Shown here: positions 58,274-64,000 of the stretch, piece after piece | Layout: every line of letters starts with the position of its first letter | Numbering within the stretch: the stretch's first letter is position 1 | DNA from: Vulcanimicrobiota bacterium | GTDB lineage: Bacteria > Vulcanimicrobiota > Vulcanimicrobiia > Vulcanimicrobiales > Vulcanimicrobiaceae | DNA length: 64,000 bases | Assembly (NCBI GenBank): GCA_963733295.1 | Contig: CAVTCS010000003.1 | Location: 2,624,001-2,688,000, forward strand | Direction: 5' to 3' | The notes under the pieces: model-generated | The model's database searches: none | The model's input: only the letters and a program-made list of their open reading frames with translations | Told to the model about the DNA's origin: nothing | Made by a program: the position numbers and the translations under genes

Positions 58274-59154
58274 AGGATCGTCTTGCCCAAGGCGGAGAGG
58301 ATCAGTTCGACGGCGAGCTCGGCCGTCCGATTCGAATCGTCGAGGATCGGATTTATCTCGGTCATCTCGAGCGAACAGAGAACCCCCGAGGCCGCGATCA
58401 TTTCCATCGCGAGGTGCGCTTCACGATAGGTGATTCCGCCGCGCACCGGCGTTCCGACGCCCGGAGCTTCGCTCGGGTCGATCCCGTCCATGTCGAACGA
58501 GACGTGCACCGAGCCTGGCCCGTCGCCGACGAGCGCGATCGATTCTTCCATAACGCGATCCATGCCGAACCGGTCGATCTCGCTCATCGACACGGCACGC
58601 ACGCCCAGCTCCTTGATACGCCGGCGTTCGCCCGCGTCGACGTCGCGCAAACCGAGCAGCACGGTTCGCTCGGGAACGATCGAGCGGTCCTCGAGCGCGA
58701 TCGAGACGGGCATCCCGTGAACGTTGCCCGAGGGCGAGGTCATCGCGGAGTTGATGTCGCCGTGCGCGTCGACCCAAATCAAGCCCGGCGCGCTCTTGCG
58801 CGCGCGCGCAACGCCGGCTAAGGTCCCGATCGCGATCGAGTGATCGCCCCCGAGTACGAGCGGAAAGCCTCCGGCGTGCATCGCTTCCTCGACCAAGTGC
58901 GCGAGCTCGTCGCAGACCGACAAGATGATCGGCAAGTACTTCGCGTTCCGGACGGCCTGAGCCGCGTGCGATTCGGGCACCGGAACCGGGAGGTTGCCAT
59001 GGTCGACGAGGTTGACGACCCCGAACTCCTCGAGCGCCTCGCGCAAGCGCGCGTACCGTATCGCCGAAGGCCCCATGTCGACGCCGCGCCGGTCGGCCCC
59101 GAGATCCATCGGTACGCCGATGACGTCGACCCGGACGGGAGGACCCGGCATCAT
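58270..59154 (-). CDS. rocF: Arginase
   Basis: [31 protein letters not shown]. Confidence 0.95.
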   Translation of the reverse strand: MMPGPPVRVDVIGVPMDLGADRRGVDMGPSAIRYARLREALEEFGVVNLVDHGNLPVPVPESHAAQAVRNAKYLPIILSVCDELAHLVEEAMHAGGFPLVLGGDHSIAIGTLAGVARARKSAPGLIWVDAHGDINSAMTSPSGNVHGMPVSIALEDRSIVPERTVLLGLRDVDAGERRRIKELGVRAVSMSEIDRFGMDRVMEESIALVGDGPGSVHVSFDMDGIDPSEAPGVGTPVRGGITYREAHLAMEMIAASGVLCSLEMTEINPILDDSNRTAELAVELILSALGKTIL

Positions 59155-60341
59155 ACGCTCGCCCCTTGTGTTTTCTTCGCGGCAACCCGCTTGGGCGCGC
59201 CGGTCTGGGCGCCCTCCACGAGTCCGGTTCCGCTTTCGGGATACTCCGGCGCGAGATCTTGGACGAGCACGCGCAGCATCGCGACGATGGGAACGGCGAT
59301 GAACATTCCCGCGATTCCCAGCAGGTCGGCACCGATCAAGATGGCCACGATCACGGTCAGCGGCGAGAGCCCGACCGAGTCGCTGACGATCTTGGGTTGG
59401 ATGAGGTGACCCTCGGCCTGGAAGATCCCGACGATGAGAAGTGCCACGATGAGGGCGTGTTGCCATCCGTCCTGCAACGCGAAGAGAACCGAAGGCACGA
59501 ACGCGACGAGCGAACCGACGAACGGAATGATGTCGAAGAGCCCGGCCACGACTCCGATCAGCACCGCGTAACGCACGTGCATCAGCAGCAGGACGACCGT
59601 GATGGCGGCGCCGATCACGAGCCCGACGAGCATTTGGCCGCGGATGAACCCGCCCAGCACCCGGTCGAGATCGCGCAGGATCCGGCTCGTCTTCGGCCGC
59701 GCTCGCGGCGGCACCAGGCGCATGAATCCGTGGAGTAAGTCGGCCGCCTCGAGGATCAGGTAGATCGAGATGACGGGAATGACGACGACCGTCGCGATCA
59801 GCGCGAAGGTCGAGAGCACGAACAGCACCGCGCCGCCGGCCTGCGCGGTGGCGTAATGTTGCCCGGCCTTCAAAAGATCCGGAATCTCCGCGGTGAGGTA
59901 GGTGCGCACCGAATCCGGCAGCCGTTTGACGACCGGGTTTTCGGGGTCGGCCAGGAAGCTCTGAGCGCGCTGGACGTTCTGCGGCATCACGGCGAGGATC
60001 GATTGCGTGTCGTTGGCCAGCGCCGGCACGACGAACGAAAGCCCCAGCACGGCCACGACGGCGAGGCCGGCATAGACGAGCAGGATCGCCCAGACCGTGG
60101 ACATGCGCGCGCTCAATCGGCGGACCGCCGGATAGATCAAATAGGTGAAGAACACCGCACCGGTCAGGACGATCGCAACCGAGCGCACGCGCCCGATGAA
60201 GCCGAGCAGTCCATGCAGCGCGATCGCGGCCAGCACGATCAACGCGAGGAGCTTGAGCGCGACCGTGATGCGCCGCTCGGTCCGCGAACGAACCAGGACG
60301 CGACGGTTTTGCGGTGAGTTCACATCACTAAGGTAGGACAC
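59151..60341 (-). CDS. AI-2E family transporter
   Basis: GFIRGQ, IPFVG, EGHLIQPKI, GMFIAVP. Confidence 0.92.
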   Translation of the reverse strand: MSYLSDVNSPQNRRVLVRSRTERRITVALKLLALIVLAAIALHGLLGFIGRVRSVAIVLTGAVFFTYLIYPAVRRLSARMSTVWAILLVYAGLAVVAVLGLSFVVPALANDTQSILAVMPQNVQRAQSFLADPENPVVKRLPDSVRTYLTAEIPDLLKAGQHYATAQAGGAVLFVLSTFALIATVVVIPVISIYLILEAADLLHGFMRLVPPRARPKTSRILRDLDRVLGGFIRGQMLVGLVIGAAITVVLLLMHVRYAVLIGVVAGLFDIIPFVGSLVAFVPSVLFALQDGWQHALIVALLIVGIFQAEGHLIQPKIVSDSVGLSPLTVIVAILIGADLLGIAGMFIAVPIVAMLRVLVQDLAPEYPESGTGLVEGAQTGAPKRVAAKKTQGASV

Positions 60342-60478
60342 GGCTTCCCGCCGCGCCTGGTCGTCACACGTTCCCTCGCGTGCCCGGCCGCCAGGCGGAC
60401 GTTCGTCACGTTTCGCCCCGTTTGGCCGCGTAGATAAGAGGTTTGACGCCCGGCATCGCCTATACTAAGCGCAAGCTT

Positions 60479-61561
60479 ATGACGTTGCGGCGCGTCTGCC
60501 TTTGTGCGTTGGCCTGTTTCGCGCTACTCGCGCCTGTAGGAACGCGCGCGGCAACCCCGTCGGGACCGCTCTTCACACTGCAGCTGCAACTCGATCGCGC
60601 GGCACAGTCGGCGCCCGGCCGAGTCGGCATCGAGGTCGAGGATCTCGCCACCGGCGAGATGTCGGGCGTCAACGCTTCGGCGAGCCTGCCGGCCGCGTCG
60701 ACGATCAAGATTCCGGTCATGGTCGAAGTCTTTCGGCAGATGTCGCTCGGTTCGATCGATTTGAATACGCGGGTTCACCTCATGGCGAGCGATCGCGATT
60801 GGGGCTGGGGCGACATGGCCGACGCTACGCCGGGAACGTCGCGCAGCGTCGCGCAGCTGCTGCGCCTCATGATCGACGAGAGCGACAATACCGCCACCAA
60901 CATGCTGATCCGGCTCGTCGGCCGCGTTCACGTCAACCAGACGATGGCACGCCTCGGCCTGCGCAAAACGCGCCTGGGCGACTACATCCGCTCGGCAACC
61001 GACGACATCCGCTACGCGCTCCGCTCGAGCCCGCGCGACATGGTGAAACTGCTCGACGACATCGCCCGCGAGAAACTGATCGACCAGTGGTCGTCGCGCG
61101 AAATGCTGACGATCCTCGCGGGTCAAACGCACAACTCGCTGCTTCCCGCTCCGCTGCCGCCCGACGTCAGAATCGCACACAAGACGGGCTCGCTGCACGA
61201 CACGCTCGACGACGTCGGCATCGTGTACGGCGATGAAGAGCCGTACGTCATCGCGGTGATGACCACCCAACTGCCGGATTTGGAAGACGGCCGCCGCTTC
61301 ATCCACCACGTATCGCGCATCGCCTACGATGAGTTGACGAGTTTCGCCGTCTGGCGCACGCAGGCCGGCTTTCCGCCGTTTGCGTTCGCAGGACCGAACA
61401 AGCGCCTTTCACCCGATCAGCTGATGTGGCGCGTGCGCTCCTCGAGTGCGCTCGATCCGGATGCGGCCGAAGGCGAAACGGTTTTGCCGCCGGCCGGAAT
61501 GGCGCAGCCCGTGCCGCAGCCGCAGGCTACGATTCAACCTCTTCCCGAAGAGCCGCTCTAG
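60479..61561 (+). CDS. Serine hydrolase, class A beta-lactamase-like fold (PBP-A-like)
   Basis: Signal peptide; STIK, SDN, KTG motifs; Pro-rich tail. Confidence 0.85.
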   Translation: MTLRRVCLCALACFALLAPVGTRAATPSGPLFTLQLQLDRAAQSAPGRVGIEVEDLATGEMSGVNASASLPAASTIKIPVMVEVFRQMSLGSIDLNTRVHLMASDRDWGWGDMADATPGTSRSVAQLLRLMIDESDNTATNMLIRLVGRVHVNQTMARLGLRKTRLGDYIRSATDDIRYALRSSPRDMVKLLDDIAREKLIDQWSSREMLTILAGQTHNSLLPAPLPPDVRIAHKTGSLHDTLDDVGIVYGDEEPYVIAVMTTQLPDLEDGRRFIHHVSRIAYDELTSFAVWRTQAGFPPFAFAGPNKRLSPDQLMWRVRSSSALDPDAAEGETVLPPAGMAQPVPQPQATIQPLPEEPL

Positions 61562-62505
61562 GCCGCCGAAACGCGGCGCTCGGCGTAGGTCGGCGTCAGC
61601 CAGCTGCGATATTTGGGTTCGCGGCCGTAGGCGACGCGCTCGAAGAGATCGGCCAGGGCGCGCGTGACCGGTCCGATTTGGCCGTTGCCGATGCGGCGAT
61701 GATCGACCGAATTGACGAAAGCGATCATCGCCGCGCTGCCGGTGAGGAAAAGCTCCTCGGCGCCATACAGTTCGCTGCGGTCGACCGCGCGCTCGACGGT
61801 CCCGATGCCGAGCTCGTTTTTCGCGAGCGTCATCACGTTGCGGCGCGTAATTCCCTCGAGCACGTTCTGCGTCGCGTCCGGCGTGACCAGAACCCCGTGC
61901 TTGAACATGAACAGGTTCGAAGCCGACCCTTCCGCTACGTGGCCGTCGTGCGAGAGCAGCACCGCCTCGTCGAAGCCGTTCAGTTGAGCTTCGCTCTTGG
62001 CGAGCGCCGAGTTGACGTAGACGCCCGTTATCTTCGCGCGCGCCGGAGCCATCGTATCGTCGATGCGGCGCCACGAACTCACGCCGACCCGCAAGCCGGT
62101 CTCCGAGTCGTAGTACCGCTCGAAGGGGATGGCGACGATGGCGAAGGCGTCGGGGACTCCGGTCAAGCGAACGCCCACGTCTTCGGCCGACTTGTAAATG
62201 ATCGGACGGATGTAGATGTTGCGTTCGAAGCGGTTCCGCGCGCAGAGCTCGGTGGTCAGCGCGATGAGTTCGTCGACCGTGTGCGGCAACTCCATCATCA
62301 AGATGTGAGCCGAGCGATGCAGCCGCTCGTAGTGTTCCCGCAGCTGTAAGAGGTAGAGTTCGCGCTCCTCGGCGTTCCAATATCCGCGAATTCCCTCGAA
62401 GCAACCCGTGCCGTAATTGAGACCGTGTGTCAACAACCCGACGCGCGCCTCGTCGTAGCGGAGGAACTTGCCCTGGGCGAAAACGGTCGACTCTTCGATG
62501 CTCAT
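61558..62505 (-). CDS. ilvE: Branched-chain amino acid aminotransferase
   Basis: HGLNYGTGCFEGIR, AKITG.Y, EGSASNLF, LEGITR. Confidence 0.94.
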   Translation of the reverse strand: MSIEESTVFAQGKFLRYDEARVGLLTHGLNYGTGCFEGIRGYWNAEERELYLLQLREHYERLHRSAHILMMELPHTVDELIALTTELCARNRFERNIYIRPIIYKSAEDVGVRLTGVPDAFAIVAIPFERYYDSETGLRVGVSSWRRIDDTMAPARAKITGVYVNSALAKSEAQLNGFDEAVLLSHDGHVAEGSASNLFMFKHGVLVTPDATQNVLEGITRRNVMTLAKNELGIGTVERAVDRSELYGAEELFLTGSAAMIAFVNSVDHRRIGNGQIGPVTRALADLFERVAYGREPKYRSWLTPTYAERRVSAA

Positions 62506-63724
62506 GCTGAAGAGTTCGCGAAGCGTCCCCGAGGTCTTTGCGCGCTTCTTGCGACTTGGCCTCAGCTCGTTCGGCGGGCCGGTGGCGCACCTCGGCTATT
62601 TCCGGCGCGAATTCGTCGAGCGCGCGCGTTGGCTCGACGATGCGACTTTTGGCGAGATCGTGGCGGTCTGCTCGGCACTCCCCGGGCCGACGAGCAGTCA
62701 AGTCGGGATGAGCCTGGGTGCGCTCCGCGCCGGGCCGCTCGGCGCGCTGGCGGCCTGGGCGGCGTTCACCACGCCCTCCGCCGTCTTGCTCGCGCTGTTC
62801 GGTCTGGTGCTCCGCGCCGGTGCCGCAAGCGCATTTCAAACGGCGCCGGCCTGGCTCGGCGCCGAAGCCGGTCTGCTGGGTGCGGCCGCGGCCGTGGTCG
62901 TTCTCGCGGTGTACGGATTGGCCCGCTCGCTGGCGCGCACGACCGCGACCCGCGCAATCGCCGTTGCCGCGCTCGTGCTCGCGCTGGCGGTCGATCGTTA
63001 CGCACCCCAGCTGCAGTGGCTTCCGCTCCTCGGGGGAGCGTTCGGCGGCTTCTTCGCGATTCGCGACGCACCGCAAACTCCCAGCGCGAGCAGCATTCCA
63101 CGCGCCGGCACGCGCGTCGCCTTGATCGCCTTCGGCGCATTTCTGGCACTCGCGGTTCTGCTGCCCGCAGTCGCGCCGCGCGGCTCGTACCTGGAACTCT
63201 TCTCGCAGTTCTTCCGCGCCGGATCGCTCGTGTTCGGCGGAGGCCACGTCGTGTTGCCGCTGATTCGCGGCTTCATCGGTCCGGAGGCGATCTCGAACGC
63301 CAACTTTTTTGCGGGCTATGCCGCCGCGCAAGCCGTTCCGGGGCCGTTGTTTACGTTCGCCTCGTTCGTAGGAGCCGCAAACTCGTCCGGTGCATCGGGC
63401 GCGGCGGGCGCGCTCGTCGCGACGCTCGGCATCTTCGCGCCTTCGTTCTTTTTGCTCGTGCTCGCATTTCCGCTCTGGCACGCGCTGCGCTCGTGGCCGC
63501 GCGCCGCCGCGGCTCTTGCCGGAATAAACGCTTCGGTCGTCGGTTTGCTCGGCGCGGTCGCCATCGATCCGATCGGCCGCCAGGTCGCTGCTTCGCCGGT
63601 CGCGCTCGCCGCAGGGATTGCCGCGCTCGGCGCGCTCTTCGCGCTCAAAGCTCCGTCGTGGGCGGTCGTCATCGCAGCGGGAGCGCTCGGTTGTGCCGCG
63701 GGCGCGCTCGGCGCACCGCCCTAG
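62504..63724 (+). CDS. chrA: Chromate efflux transporter (CHR family, two domains)
   Basis: FGGPVAHLG, LPGPTSSQ, FGGGHVVLP, AVPGP. Confidence 0.93.
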   Translation: MLKSSRSVPEVFARFLRLGLSSFGGPVAHLGYFRREFVERARWLDDATFGEIVAVCSALPGPTSSQVGMSLGALRAGPLGALAAWAAFTTPSAVLLALFGLVLRAGAASAFQTAPAWLGAEAGLLGAAAAVVVLAVYGLARSLARTTATRAIAVAALVLALAVDRYAPQLQWLPLLGGAFGGFFAIRDAPQTPSASSIPRAGTRVALIAFGAFLALAVLLPAVAPRGSYLELFSQFFRAGSLVFGGGHVVLPLIRGFIGPEAISNANFFAGYAAAQAVPGPLFTFASFVGAANSSGASGAAGALVATLGIFAPSFFLLVLAFPLWHALRSWPRAAAALAGINASVVGLLGAVAIDPIGRQVAASPVALAAGIAALGALFALKAPSWAVVIAAGALGCAAGALGAPP

Positions 63725-63754
63725 CGCGCGAGTTTTCCGGGGAGCGAACAAAAG

Positions 63755-63786
63755 AAAAGAAGCCCGCATCCGCGCGGGCTCCTTTT
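63755..63786. terminator. Bidirectional intrinsic terminator
   Basis: AAAAGAAGCCCGC-ATCCGC-GCGGGCTCCTTTT between convergent genes. Confidence 0.85.
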
Positions 63787-63801
63787 GTGGGAGGGTGGCT
63801 C

Positions 63802-64000
63802 TTACAGTCCGTAGACGCTCTTCAGGTCGAGCATCGCTTGGGTCAAGACGGCGTGATAGTTGCCGTCGGCTTCGCGGCCGTACTTCTTGTCGATGTCGTC
63901 CATCACGGCGACGTGGATCGGATGGGTCACGAGGTTGTCGAGCATGTACTCGACGTTGTAGCTGCCGTTCGACATGAGACCGAGCTTGTAGAGCGCGGCG
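63802..64000 (-). CDS. Hypothetical protein, 3' end only
   Basis: Open frame ...AALYKLGLMSNGSYNVEYMLDNLVTHPIHVAVMDDIDKKYGREADGNYHAVLTQAMLDLKSVYGL* with strongly biased codons, followed by a terminator. Confidence 0.8.
   Translation of the reverse strand, partial: AALYKLGLMSNGSYNVEYMLDNLVTHPIHVAVMDDIDKKYGREADGNYHAVLTQAMLDLKSVYGL

Noticed and set aside
60479..61561. True class A beta-lactamase (resistance gene)
   Set aside because: SxxK, SDN and KTG are present but no Glu166-x3-Asn170 omega-loop motif is apparent; more likely a PBP-like hydrolase.
61409..63769. Long alternative-frame ORFs (e.g. 61409..63769, 35401..37533, 19180..21045, 47180..49036, 11297..12886)
   Set aside because: Arg/Ala-rich shadow frames of well-supported genes, expected in high-GC DNA; no recognisable motifs.

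Overview
GC-rich, gene-dense bacterial chromosomal window from a probably diderm organism (secretin, Tat, TonB-like proteins). The gene set and style suggest a soil lineage such as Ca. Eremiobacterota, but that is a guess. No rRNA, tRNA, CRISPR array, transposase or phage gene was seen. Contents in order: (1) the 5' end of a B12-dependent acyl-CoA mutase with the 2-hydroxyisobutyryl-CoA mutase (HcmA) signature, coupled to a GntR regulator; (2) a membrane protein plus a MalT/SARP-type regulator; (3) a Tad/Flp pilus locus with two Flp pilins, two A24 peptidases, a TadZ-TadA fusion and a divergent secretin; (4) seven GT-C-type polytopic glycosyltransferase-like genes around the Tad locus and rsmI-metG-tatD, plus two more further on (nine in all, including three paralogue pairs); (5) a respiratory supercluster: menG, polyprenyl synthase, tatAC, resB/ccsA, selO, Rieske, cytochrome b-c fusion, and hemC/B/L/A/D with mobA; (6) an uncharacterised amidoligase cluster (two ATP-grasp-like ligases, a YbdK/GCS2 ligase, a class I GATase-like protein, a divergent esterase) near a CPYC glutaredoxin-like gene; (7) arginase, AI-2E transporter, serine hydrolase, ilvE, chrA. 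The best candidates for an undescribed system are the amidoligase cluster and the Tad-linked GT-C expansion. All family calls come from motif recognition by eye, not from database searches.
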